A stretch of DNA of 64,000 nucleotides from Hormiphora californensis. Taxonomy: Eukaryota > Animalia > Ctenophora. Below are positions 52,558-64,000 of this stretch, one piece after another. The DNA is taken from positions 2,170,001 through 2,234,000 of the forward strand of contig CM035360.1 of the NCBI GenBank assembly GCA_020137815.1, given 5' to 3'. The first letter of the stretch is position 1; every line of letters begins with the position of its first letter. Under the pieces are notes generated by a model, which saw only the letters and a program-made list of their open reading frames with translations, searched no databases and was not told where the DNA came from. The position numbers and the translations under genes were made by a program.

Positions 52558-53469
52558 TAATAATAAGGGTGCGGCTTTGGGGGTCTTTCAAATTATATGA
52601 GGGATGAGAAGGCGGGAATCTTTTCAGAGATAAATAACTATTTTGCTAGTGATCACGCTGATCTTTTAGTTCTAATAATTCATATAGGTTGAAGGTTACC
52701 GACCCTAAAGAACTTTGTATGGTGTGGCAAATGAAATGAGAATGTTATAGTAGCCATGTATAAAACAGCAAAAGGAAAAGACGAGATGTTGCATGATAAA
52801 ATCTCGTATTATTTTGTGATCAGCTCACCAGAATCCTGACTCTGTCGAGCACTTTACCAGGAATCCCTTCCAAATTAAAGTGATTCACATGTAGATACAC
52901 ATTAGAGGAAGATTTGTATCGTATCCTACACAGCAGCTGTGTGTGACCTGAAATTATACTTCACAAAGGGGGTAGTGAAATGTAGATGAAGTCTTTGTTT
53001 GTTTTGTTGGAACAAGAGGGAGGGTATAACAAGTCATTGATCTATTATTGTAGTAGTATTGAGCTCTTCATATCACCCTGTCCGGGTTCCATAGAATTCC
53101 TTACCATTCCTACTCAGTACAAGACTTGTAGTACTACGCATTGGTTGTATTACACGCATTGTGCCTTGTGGTTGCATATTTTTAGAATGTAAATGATGTG
53201 AATAGTAAAGAGAAACTCTGTACAGAACCCTCTAGTTTCACTTCCTTGTTTAATTTCAGTACTCACCCAAAGACCTAAAGGAAAGCCAAATCAAAAATGG
53301 CCTTAACTCGGGTTTCGTGAGACTTCCCACGACAATATCATCCTAACCTCAAAATTTCAAATCTCTATCTCAGCAGGGGGTAGAGCAATGACAGTGGGGA
53401 GTTTCACATAACCCGAGCGAGGGCCAGGGCTATTTTTGATTTGGCTTCCCTTTAGCCCTGGTTAAAATT

Positions 53470-53927
53470 ATGAAACGGACGCTGCTCATTCTTATCATTC
53501 TTGTTATTTGTCTGGTTGCCGCCTCAAGACGGAGATCTTCTAGTTCATCTTCAACCAGACGAAGGACTACTACGACCACAACCAGACGAAGGACTACTAC
53601 GACCACAACCAGACGAAGGACCACTACAACCACGACCAGACGAAGAACAACAACTAATAATATCATTGATGATGATGATTATGATGATGATAATGGCAAT
53701 GGTACTTTCAGTGGCACATCAAAAGGTACAACTATTTATTTAAATTATTTCATCCAAACCATGTAATATGTATATCGGTACAATGTGGCAATTATTAATA
53801 TTATTTTATATTTTTCGTTAACAATCAATATTTACACTTTTCAGGTATTTCATCAACAGCTGTTTACATTATTGCAGTGATCATCGGTGGACTTACCATA
53901 CCCTTTTATATTTTCACGAGGGGTTAG
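53470..53927 (+). CDS. Small secretory-pathway protein: signal peptide, RRR(T/S)6 repeats, acidic patch, C-terminal hydrophobic anchor (exons 53470-53725, 53845-53927)
   Basis: MKRTLLILIILVICLVAA-SRRRSSSSSSTRRRTTTTTT...DDDDYDDDNGNGT; a phase-1 GT-AG intron joins in frame to GISSTAVYIIAVIIGGLTIPFYIFTRG*. Confidence 0.75.
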
Positions 53928-54601
53928 CATACAGTTACACAGGGAGCGGGTATCATTGACCTTCATATCGTTGTCTTAATATTATCCTTATTTTATCTTT
54001 CTGAGGAGTGAGGACTTCTGACAAGCCAGAAAATAAAACAAAAAAGAAGACAAGACGATAGCTGATTTCAGATTTGTGTTGTAACATACCATTCTATCAT
54101 TTATCAATATGTATATTTATTACCACTTTTGAAAGCCGAATCGTGTGTCATTTAAATTAATCAGCTAATTACAAAATTGTAAGTATAATGAAAGAAAGGA
54201 TAAAGATTGATATGATTTGTTCATACTTGTGCTTTTCATACAACTTGTAAGGGGTGAGGGGTGGTTTTTGGATACGTACAATTATTCCTCTATCTACCGT
54301 GTACCTCTATATACTGTGCATTTATCCAGGTTTGACTGTAACACGGTCGCTTGTAGTGGGAAAACGGTAATGGAAAACGAAGATACAGTAAGACGACGCA
54401 CAACCGTGACCAATCAGGGCGCTAGTACGTGCTGAACACATGCACTTTTTGCCGCACGTTATGCAACGTGCGCGTCTCCTTACTGTATTTTCATTACGGT
54501 AATACGACTACAAGCAGCACTGTTATACTCTCTAGCTCAATTATTGAGTCAATATCTACTATTTCTAACAGCTATAACTAGTAGAGTAAAGAGTTACATG
54601 C

Positions 54602-55117
54602 CCCAGTGCCCCGATATTGCAAACCCGTGTAATATTTTGAGCAAATATTTGCAGCCTGACTGTTTTTGTGCAGCCTAAATAAAATAACCTCGACTGATAT
54701 TGCAGACCGGGCTGCAGAAAATATAAATATGAAATATAAGCTTCCCCGAATCACATGTGTTTAATATCCCGTATTGGCTAACAGTGCTAATAAGGCGTCC
54801 CAGAATGGTGTCACATATCCATCCCCCTCATTAGAGTATGAAGTACATAAGTATTTCGGTGTCGAGATTCTTGCAGCCCGGCTGCAGAAAATTTTGAGGA
54901 AATTTTCCCATTCTGGGCTGCACGATGATTTTGCCCCGAAAATGGTACTTTTTTCTCTATTAGCCCAACTTCTACGATGCTGACGTACGTCGCGAGGTCG
55001 AGGCTGCGTAGCAGCCCAGACCGAGCAAAAATTTGCAGCCTAGCGAATAGAATCTTGCAGCCTAGCTGAAGGCTTAGAAAAATATTTTTTTAGATTTCTG
55101 AAATTCGGGGCACTGGG
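54602..55117. mobile_element. TIR MITE with 8-bp TSD (hAT/P-like)
   Basis: CCCAGTGCCCCGA ... TCGGGGCACTGGG; TSD TTACATGC. Confidence 0.85.
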
Positions 55118-55158
55118 TTACATGCACTAAGATATGTATCCAGCTGTTATTCTGTTAG

Positions 55159-56196
55159 TCACTGTGAACTGTTGACTTTTCGAAGTGGCATGTCACCACC
55201 GCCACCCTGAGCTGTGGAACTCTGATCCGTTGCTGAGTTTTGTTTCTGGTTGCTAGGATCACCTGTTGCTATGGCAGCACCACTCGTAAACTCAGCCAGA
55301 CGCATCCGAAACATCTGTTTGACGAACCGTGAAAATCTCCGATTTGTCAGTGTGTACAGAATGGGATTGCCCACACTGTTCATGAACACAATCTGATACC
55401 CAATTAACCCCATGTATTTGTTGTTGATGGGTTTGCCGACAATGTTCAGAATAGTAGACGCTCCCCAGGGGAGCCAGCTGACGGTAAAAAGACCGGATAG
55501 GGCGCACACCATGATCAAACCTTTGTAGTTAGACTTAGCCCGGACAAATTTAGATGTCCTGACAGCTATGACTCCTAGAATTCCATTTAGAATGATAATC
55601 AGACATAGTGGAGTCAGGGATAACCCAACAACGACATACCACAAGAACAGCTGCTGCGTCCTCACATCCTTGTAGATCGAAGATACACATTTCCCAGAGA
55701 TTCCATCGAATGAAGATGTTGATCCGTAGCCCAGTTGTAGGAAAAACACTGAAAACCCGACACACCATAACACCACGCACAGGATCCGGGTTGTCCGGGT
55801 TGTCATGGTTACGAACGGGTTGGTTGCCACGACAACCCGATAACTTGTCAATGCTAGGACAAGGAGAGAGTTCATAATCCAGGGTACAAATGTGGGTTGT
55901 GCGTTGATCATACACCCGAAATTACCAAGCACAAACTCTCCCGATATGTAGGTAATCCACATGGGGAAAACTCCTAGTAATGCCAGTAAAATGTCCGCGA
56001 GAGCAAGATTTAGGACAAAGATTAGAGAGATCTTGTCGAGTTTGATGGCGTTGTAGCGGAGTGTCGAGTAAACGACGGTTGTGTTCCCTAGCAACCCGAG
56101 GGATAGGATCAACAAATCGTAGATGATCAAGGGTATGCGTTGTTCCAGTTTTAATTGCAGGCTGTAGTCCATCTCAACCGTTGAATTGTCGGCCAT
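55159..56196 (-). CDS. Rhodopsin-class (class A) orphan GPCR, single coding exon
   Basis: GLLGN (TM1), NLALAD (TM2), Cys at the top of TM3, SYR in place of DRY, SWLP (TM6), NPILY (TM7), N-terminal NST sequon. Confidence 0.93.
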   Translation of the reverse strand: MADNSTVEMDYSLQLKLEQRIPLIIYDLLILSLGLLGNTTVVYSTLRYNAIKLDKISLIFVLNLALADILLALLGVFPMWITYISGEFVLGNFGCMINAQPTFVPWIMNSLLVLALTSYRVVVATNPFVTMTTRTTRILCVVLWCVGFSVFFLQLGYGSTSSFDGISGKCVSSIYKDVRTQQLFLWYVVVGLSLTPLCLIIILNGILGVIAVRTSKFVRAKSNYKGLIMVCALSGLFTVSWLPWGASTILNIVGKPINNKYMGLIGYQIVFMNSVGNPILYTLTNRRFSRFVKQMFRMRLAEFTSGAAIATGDPSNQKQNSATDQSSTAQGGGGDMPLRKVNSSQ

Positions 56197-58319
56197 TTTC
56201 GTCAGTGTGTCTGTTACTGTTAGAGAAGATCTGGGTCAAACTCAAAGTGAATGTAGAGTCAAAATAAAATGTGCAAAAAATGGAGATGTGGAATTGACAG
56301 AAACATAAATCAAACCGTTTAAACTTTAGAGAAATGTGTGATTTATCGCACAGTGGTGTCAAGGTCGAGGTTGAAGGATCTGGGCCGAACACCTGGTGTT
56401 CATGCCTTAGAGTTAGAGAGGGGAAGGGAACTAGAGAAATTGAAAACGAAAAGATTTTAGAAGGGGGAATGAAGGGTATGATCTGTCTCATCTTTTTACT
56501 CTTTTCTCCCTCTCTCAGTCTCTCTCCCCCGCCCTCCTCTCCCCTCCTCTCTTGCACATCAGTTAGGAGCACTATTATTATAATTGTAGCCTTATAATCC
56601 CCTCCCCCTACAATTTGTAGGGGCAGGGGGATTGTCAACTAGGCAGCTGACTAATGGCTATGCAAGTTATACTATTAGTTTCGCCTAATCAACCACTCCC
56701 CCATTTCAGGTGAAATGAGAGTTGAAACGTGAGTTTGCCAATGGCCAATGGCCCAGTCCTGGTAGGAAAGCTTGAGTGTGATGAAGAGTGTCTCCAACAA
56801 AACCCCAAATAGTAAATGGGGCGATGTATTATGCAATGGCCTGTCAGAGCATTGGCCTGACCCATTCTCGTCAGAGAACTGTGGTCAGAGCATTGGCCTG
56901 ACAGGCAATGGCAGATTCAGGATCGTAAGCGGACTCTAGTGCTAAAATCACGAAAAGCGAACTCGAGATTTCGGCCGTCAGGCCGGAAACGAGAGTTTGC
57001 TGTGCCTTTATTCTCATTTAAAAGTGTTAGGGCCGTTATTTGGGTTCGAGTTTAGGGGTTAGTGTAAAGGTTAGGGTTATATATAGAGTCCTCATTGGGT
57101 TTAGATATAGAGTCCGTTAGCACTAGAGTCCGCCTACCACGACACACTGCTGATAGTGATAATGATGGGTCAGACACTGAACACTGAACAGTCAAGTACT
57201 GAAGTACTGAAGTAGACTGGTACTAACAGTGTTTGTTGAGTAAGGGGTGGGACTCAACAAAACAGTGTAGTTGACTGTTAGTGTTGATTGAAGAAATTTT
57301 TGAATATGTTTCAGTTTTGTAAAATGCACTTGTTTCGATTTTGTAAAGGAAAATCCATGCAAACATCACTTGGGTTTTGTGAAATTTCCCACGGTCATAA
57401 TTGCTGATCCACACACCCTGATGAGATAGAAATAGAGACTTGAAAAGTTGAGGTTAGGAAGGACTCGACATGATCTACCTAACCTCAAAATTTCGCTGTC
57501 TGCATGATGCAGATGTCACCATTGCATCTGATTCTGAGCGCCGCCAGACTAGACAGAAATTTCGAGTCTCTATCGATAGCTATCTCAGCAAGCCATCAGG
57601 AGGTGGAGCAATGACCGTCGGAAGTTTCACAAAACCCAAGTGAAGGCTATCGTTGCTTGAATTTTTCTTTAGTGTACTACTACTTGTGATATGTATTGGC
57701 TTTACGTGCTGACGCGGGTTCATAACTTAAACGCTGCAATTAGCTGCCGCGCGCGATAAGTCCCGTGTAGTGCAACGCGCGCGGGGAAATTCCGTAAATC
57801 GGCCTGAACGAGAAAATTTTCACTTCCACTTCCGCAGTTTTTAAGACGTTTCTGTCCTGATGCCGGGTACAAGGTGCTTTTATCCGAAATCTGGGTGGCG
57901 GGTGCCTATAAAAATGTTTCAAATTTCGAATGATTGCCGTTTTTTTCCAGAGGCGTAGCCAGGATAAAGCATCTTATCGGGAATCGGGGGTGATGACTTT
58001 GGGGAAAACCCACTTGTATTGAGAAAGTGATACTTTAGAGAGTGCGTCGGCACCATTTTTCTGGGTATATATTCACAATTGAGTGGGATATTAAGTGCAT
58101 AATTTACATGACACTTAGATTCAGTCGCCAGAATATCAAAATTTTAGGTTGTGGTGATGCTAATTACTATTTGTTAGAAACAGTATTTTGAATGTACCCG
58201 AAACTATTAAAAGAGATCTTTTTTCTAACATTATACTACACAATAACCATGCCACATGTAGGAGCATAATTTTCACTACGATTTTTCAACGTCTACCCTC
58301 CTCTCTGCTGTTAACCCGT

Positions 58320-59011
58320 ATGGTTTCTACAATTGATATCACATTTCTTGGAACTGGCTCATGCTATCCGTCTCCATACAGAGGGGCATCCTCCCTTGTT
58401 ATGAGACTTGGTACGTTTCCACTAGATTCCGTAGCTCCTGCTGAAGAATTTGCTGAACCGTCCACATCTAGCTGTACCTCACCCCTACATTATTTAACTA
58501 ACAGATGGAGATTGTTGGATGTTCGACTGTGGGGAGGGAACTCAGATTCAATACCAGAATAGCTCCGTTAAACCGGGGAGGCTCAGTAAAATATTCATTA
58601 CTCATCTGCACGGTGACCACCTATTCGGGCTACCTGGCCTCATGTGCCTTGTTCAAGGTACAGTTTGTTTTGTTGAACCCATTTTTATTTTAGCTCCCGA
58701 AAAGAGGGTCGAGCAAGGCAAGGTACAGCTAGACCCTTATAACCTATTTAGTATTTACCGGGTACAGAAGTGTTCATCGGAAATTGTCAAATAGTACCTT
58801 TTTTCCTAACCTTCCTATACCATATAACTTCTCACTCAATCTTCAACCCTGTAACTCACTTGAGTCGCTTGACACTGTGAATAAAAAGAAAGAACAATTC
58901 AATAACTCACCATCACCCCAGGTGGAGCAGATCCTGAGTCACCTCTTCCATTGGATATTTACGGACCTGTTGGACTTGCAGAGTACGTTCGGACATCACT
59001 CTCATTATCAG
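58320..59011 (+). CDS. ELAC1: RNase Z short form, first three exons (58320-58410, 58505-58657, 58922-59011); remainder not found in the window
   Basis: [49 protein letters not shown] (HxHxDH), LDIYGPVGL. Confidence 0.92.
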
Positions 59012-59041
59012 GTAATCAATTACAGGTAGTAGGAGACTTAA

Positions 59042-59711
59042 AGTAAGAGTGGCACGCCGTGTTTTCTCACAAAACTTAGTGGATGAACGGGGAGTACCAC
59101 CAGGACCATTGGTACGGTATCGAAAATTTCCAATTCTGTCTCGTTCATTAGTTATGACGTAATATGTTCATTATTTCAACTTTCATAAAATCGCTCTACA
59201 GAAAAATCTGTGCATTGTGGATTGAAATGGATGCTTGCATCGTGTTCAGCGTCAAAAAATAGTCGGGGTACCAAATTTTGGTGTCTCTACCTTGTCTGTG
59301 ACGCGAGATATCGACAATTATCAAAAACGCCCAAAATGGGTGAGAGAGAGATTGTTATCTTTGGGTGCTAGTTGTTTGTGCGCGCCACCCAAGTGTAACA
59401 AACTCTCTTTCTCTCACTTTGGTCGTTTTTTATATTTGTCAATATCTCGCGTCACAGACAAGGTAGAGATACCAAAATTTGGTACCCCGACTATTTTTTG
59501 ACGCTGAAAACGATGCAAGCATCCATTTCAATCCACAATGCACAGATTTTTCTGTAGAGCAATTTTATGAAAGTTGAAATAATGTAGATATTACGTCATA
59601 ACTAATGAACGAGATAGAATTGGAAATTTTCGATACCGTACCAATGGTCCTGGTGGTACTCCCCGTTCATCCACTAAGTTTTGTGAGAAAACACGGCGCG
59701 CCACTCTTACT
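59042..59711. mobile_element. Near-palindromic MITE with TTAA TSD and AG...CT termini (Kolobok-like)
   Basis: TTAA|AGTAAGAGTGGC ... GCCACTCTTACT|TTAA; the arms pair over ~300 bp each. Confidence 0.88.
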
Positions 59712-59747
59712 TTAAAAAAAAGATCCATGTCATCCCGCTGTATAGTA

Positions 59748-60433
59748 TCTCTATTATAATTTGGAGATGAACGTCGTGGTCGTTCGTTAGGCGGTATCTA
59801 GGCGACAGGCTGCTCCTTCATTAAGAATTTCAGTGGCGTGTTGTGACGAAATATTGGTGAACTGACGTAACTACGGCAGCCAAGAAGGAAATCGCGTGGC
59901 GCGCACAGCACACACAGAAGACATTAGAAACTTTCAATTCAACTTCCTACCCGCGCGTTCCAGACACGTCATTTTGGTCGAGGTGTCGTCATAATCATTC
60001 ATGTTGCTATAGGGACACCTTCTATTTCTACAGTTCTCTCAGATCTCCTGCTATCAGATCACATCAACCCTATTAGTTAACCTCATTAGTACCCCTGTCA
60101 GTGTCACATTTCTCATCAGCTCCGTGCTCACATGTCTTTGTGACATGTATTCCACACCCATTAAATTATGGGAGTGCGAATGGAACTTTGATGGAAAACT
60201 CAAAGCCGGGCAACGAAGTACGCTAAACAGCCGGCTTTCTTCTTGGGAGCAGATGTTTAAACTCTGCTGGCAGTTAGTGATTATTTCGGAACATAATTTA
60301 GCAATTCAGTCTCCATAGTTACCGATTTAGTTGCCATGGCAACCATCAAATGTGGGAAAAAAGAGGGCCACCCGGCGAAGCCGGGTGGTTTGTGAACACC
60401 CCTTATTTGAGGCGCACCCAATGGGTGCGCTAG
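59748..60433 (+). mobile_element. Non-autonomous Helitron, copy 1
   Basis: A|TC start (TCTCTATTATAATTTGGAGATG); 3' hairpins CCACCCGGCGAAGCCGGGTGG and GCGCACCCAATGGGTGCGC; ends CTAG. Confidence 0.85.
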
Positions 60434-63204
60434 TCTCTATTATAATTTGGAGATGAACGACGTCGTGATGGTCGTTCGTTCAGCGGTATCTAAGCGACAC
60501 ACTGCTCCTTCATTAAGAATTTCAATGGCGTCCTGCAGTGGTGCAGTGACCAAAATTACGTAACTATGGCGGAAGTTGAGCCGCGCGCACACAGTGGCTA
60601 CTAACAGCGACTGCTTTAACTTCTCCTTCCGCTGCGCACGTTCCTGGAATGATAACTTCCTGTCATGACCACTTCATGTTGCTATCTATCTATCTATCTA
60701 CGGAGTGCCTGGGCTTGCCAACGGCAAGCCCACATGGGACTATCGCAAAGCGATATCGCCGGCACTAGGAGAATAGCCCCCCTCCCCTCCCCCACCATCA
60801 GGAACTGCCCACAGGACAGGTTCGCATTATAGGTGGCTTCGGGTTCGGGAGGCTAAACTCCTTCGAGAGTCGCAGAATCTTGATTCTTCTTTCTGTGATT
60901 CTTGGCTCCGTGGCTCTATCCCCCTGCGACAAGAGGGGATGTCGCTTTCTATTCTTGAGCTGTCTCGATTAGCTTGATAGTTAACGCGGTGTGGTTTATT
61001 ATCGTTTTACATAGGTTATTGTACGAGGTTTTGCCTCAGTTTTTAGGATTTTAGGTCACCCGCATATTAGGTGTTTGGGGTTTCATTATTATAGTATTAT
61101 AGTATCTTGAATTGGTCTGTCATATGGTAGGTTTGCATTATAAGTGGCAGGACGGGTATTGTACTCACATTTGTGAGTTGTTACACACTTACACGCGATA
61201 AGCGACTTAGCGAATTAGAACACAAGGATTGTCTCTATAGTAACCTGTTTCAGAAAGTCCTCTACTTTGGGACGGGAGAGATTAAATGTGAACTATGGTT
61301 ACATATTATGATTCGTTTCGGTTTAGTCGCTGGATATACCATGTTCGCTGGGAAAACCCAAGATCGCTCGTTTGAAACGAGATCGGAGAGCTGTGCAAAA
61401 AGAGATAAGTCTTGCTGCACAACTGAGTTAGGAAGTGAAAATGGATTTTTTTAATTAGCACAGTGCGTGACTGAGATATCGCGTAGTTTGAGGGGAGAGA
61501 GAGATATTGTTTCTCTGTAAAAAAAGATGAGAGAGCGTTAAACTGAGGGGGGGGGGGGTGAGAGTGTATTTCTGCAGTAAAAAGGGAGATTGGAGAGAGA
61601 GAGAGAGAGAGAGAGAGAGCGTTAAACTGGAAAAAAAAAGTTTCTCTCTTGGCGGGAGAGAGAGAGGGAGACCGGAGAAGGAATTGTAGTCGGGAGAGAT
61701 TAAATGTGAACTATGGTTACATAGAGATTAAATGTGAACTATGGTTACATATTATGATTCGTTTCGGTTTAGTCGCTGGATATACCATGTTCGCTGGGAA
61801 AACCCAAGATCGCTCGTTTGAAACGAGATCGGAGAGCTGTGCAAAAAGAGATAAGTCTTGCTGCACAACTGAGTTAGGAAGTGAAAATGGATTTTTTTAA
61901 TTAGCACAGTGCGTGACTGAGATATCGCGTAGTTTGAGGGGAGAGAGAGATATTGTTTCTCTGTAAAAAAAGATGAGAGAGCGTTAAACTGAGGGGGGGG
62001 GGGTGAGAGTGTATTTCTGCAGTAAAAAGGGAGATTGGAGAGAGAGAGAGAGAGAGAGAGAGAGCGTTAAACTGGAAAAAAAAAGTTTCTCTCTTGGCGG
62101 AGAGAGAGAGGGAGACCGGAGAAGGAATTGTAGTCGGGAGAGATTAAATGTGAACTATGGTTACATAGAGATTAAATGTGAACTATGGTTACATATTATG
62201 ATTCGTTTCGGTTTAGTCGCTGGATATACCATGTTCGCTGGGAAAACCCAAGATCGCTCGTTTGAAACGAGATCGGAGAGCTGTGCAAAAAGAGATAAGT
62301 CTTGCTGCACAACTGAGTTAGGAAGTGAAAATGGATTTTTTTAATTAGCACAGTGCGTGACTGAGATATCGCGTAGTTTGAGGGGAGAGAGAGATATTGT
62401 TTCTCTGTAAAAAAAGATGAGAGAGCGTTAAACTGAGGGGGGGGGGGTGAGAGTGTATTTCTGCAGTAAAAAGGGAGATTGGAGAGAGAGAGAGAGAGAG
62501 AGAGAGAGCGTTAAACTGGAAAAAAAAAGTTTCTCTCTTGGCGGGAGAGAGAGAGGGAGAAGGAATTGTAGTCGGGAGAGATTAAATGTGAACTATGGTT
62601 ACATAGAGATTAAATGTGAACTATGGTTACATATTATGATTCGTTTCGGTTTAGTCGCTGGATATACCATGTTCGCTGGGAAAACCCAAGATCGCTCGTT
62701 TGAAACGAGATCGGAGAGCTGTGCAAAAAGAGATAAGTCTTGCTGCACAACTCATGTTGCTATGGCACTGATTTAAATTGTTTTGGGTCCTCTTGATGTG
62801 TGCTCACTGCTCCTGCTATCCGATCACATTTCATCTCATCAGAAACCAGGCCCTGTCAGTGTCACATATCTCACAGTCATCAGCTCAGTACACTGCACAG
62901 TGTCACATGTTTAAATTACCACACCCATTATTATGGGAGTGTCGAATAGAACTCTAAATCAGATGTCAAACCCAAAGCGTTACGTAAAACACCCGGCCCT
63001 CTTTTGGGAGCAGTTTTTTTACTGTGCTGGCAGTTTGAGATCATTTCGGAACATAATTTAGCAATTCAGTCTCCATAGTTACCGATTTAGTTGCCATGGC
63101 AACCATTGAATTGGTGACATATGTGGGAAAAAGAGGGCCACCCGGCGGAGCCGGGTGGGTTATCAAAACGCCCTTACTTGGGGCGCACCCAATGGGTGCG
63201 CTAG
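60434..63204 (+). mobile_element. Non-autonomous Helitron, copy 2 (head-to-tail with copy 1), interrupted by an insertion
   Basis: Same 5' TC terminus directly after the copy 1 CTAG; same 3' hairpins and CTAG|T at 63204/63205. Confidence 0.85.
60686..62751 (-). mobile_element. Retroelement-like insertion with a (TAGA)n tail and ~445-bp 5' tandem monomers
   Basis: 12-bp TSD TCATGTTGCTAT (60674-60685, 62752-62763); empty site in Helitron copy 1 at ~59999-60010; ~3.3 monomers with 444-446 bp period from ~61273 to 62751. Confidence 0.75.
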
Positions 63205-64000
63205 TTAATATTTAAAGTGGATGATGCACAATTTTTGTGCATACCACGTGTCCCCTACTAAGATTCTTCCCAGTAAACACTGAATACAACTCCTGAAAAT
63301 CTTTAAAAAAAGATAGAAGAAAAGTTTTAGGTATCTTGTCAACCTTTGAAGTGAGAGTGGACCGACGTGAAATCGAGTGAGAATTTTGTAGGTGTAATAG
63401 GATGGTGTGCTAAACAGGTTGACGCATCCAGAATTCCGATTTGGTCAGAGCTTGTCAGCGCTCCCGTTGTTGAAACGGGAGAGTGAGATGCACTTGAACG
63501 TGCAAATAAATGCGTTCGCCACTCTAAAATGCTCAAAAAGTGTGCCTTCAAACGTCCCAAGAAAAGCAGCACCGAAACGCTAAAATTTTCCTTCGCAAAA
63601 TTTCGCGGTCAAACTTCCAACTTTGAAGTTTAAAATAATGCATCCCTCTTGGGGGTATATGCAGCATCGATCGGTCAAAATTGAAATGTTTTAAAGATTC
63701 TTTATTTTGTAGTTCTATGTCCAGCACAGGATCGCCTGGCTCTGATGAAAGAGCTTGGTCATCATCCAGCGTATCTGACGATGATTAATCACATATCTGT
63801 TGAGGATATTGAACTGTGGACATTCACGTTAAAGGTTGACAAGATACCTAAAACTTTTCGTATATCGTCTTATTTTGATTTATCATTAATTTTCAGCATT
63901 TTTTCAGAATTTTTTGTCGGCTAGAAATATGTGCAAAATAGGGGGTCTACTGATAAACGAGAGGCGCAATTTAAAAATTGATATCGTAATATCTCCGGTT

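Noticed and set aside
55159-56196. Possible opsin
   Set aside because: TM7 (QIVFMNSVGNPILY) lacks the retinal-binding lysine.
58320-59011. Functional link between RNase Z and the tRNA array
   Set aside because: They are 47 kb apart with many unrelated genes between; no evidence beyond coincidence.
61173-62776. Four similar ORFs (EIKCELWLHIMIRFG...)
   Set aside because: They follow the 445-bp monomer, have inconsistent non-ATG starts and cross variable homopolymers; no recognisable domain.
63735-63790. CTGATGA hammerhead-like core (also at ~18633 and ~57418)
   Set aside because: No stem II followed by GAAA and no pairing for stems I/III.

Overview
Gene-dense, intron-rich animal genomic DNA with many (AG)n microsatellites and MITEs. 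A non-bilaterian such as a ctenophore is a guess only. Spliced genes reconstructed by hand: Mos kinase (+, 5' exon not found), RFC1 (-, with six tRNA-Ala(AGC) genes in one intron), Kizuna-like (+), SPEF1 (+), ULK4 pseudokinase (+), a small RRR/Thr-repeat membrane protein (+), a class A GPCR (-) and the 5' part of ELAC1/RNase Z (+). The most unusual locus is a minus-strand gene the ORF track misses. It appears to encode a degenerate trypsin-like domain, an ARM-like helical region, a coiled coil and a C-terminal Death domain, although one junction is unresolved. One of its introns holds an intronless gene with two OTU domains (one pseudo, one apparently active). Mobile DNA includes hAT-, Tc1- and Kolobok-type MITEs, a TIR element carrying a RanBP2 zinc-finger fragment and half a tRNA, head-to-tail Helitrons with a nested retro-insertion, and tiny TTGGT...ACCAA elements with 9-bp TSDs. 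All assignments come from reading the sequence; no searches were run.
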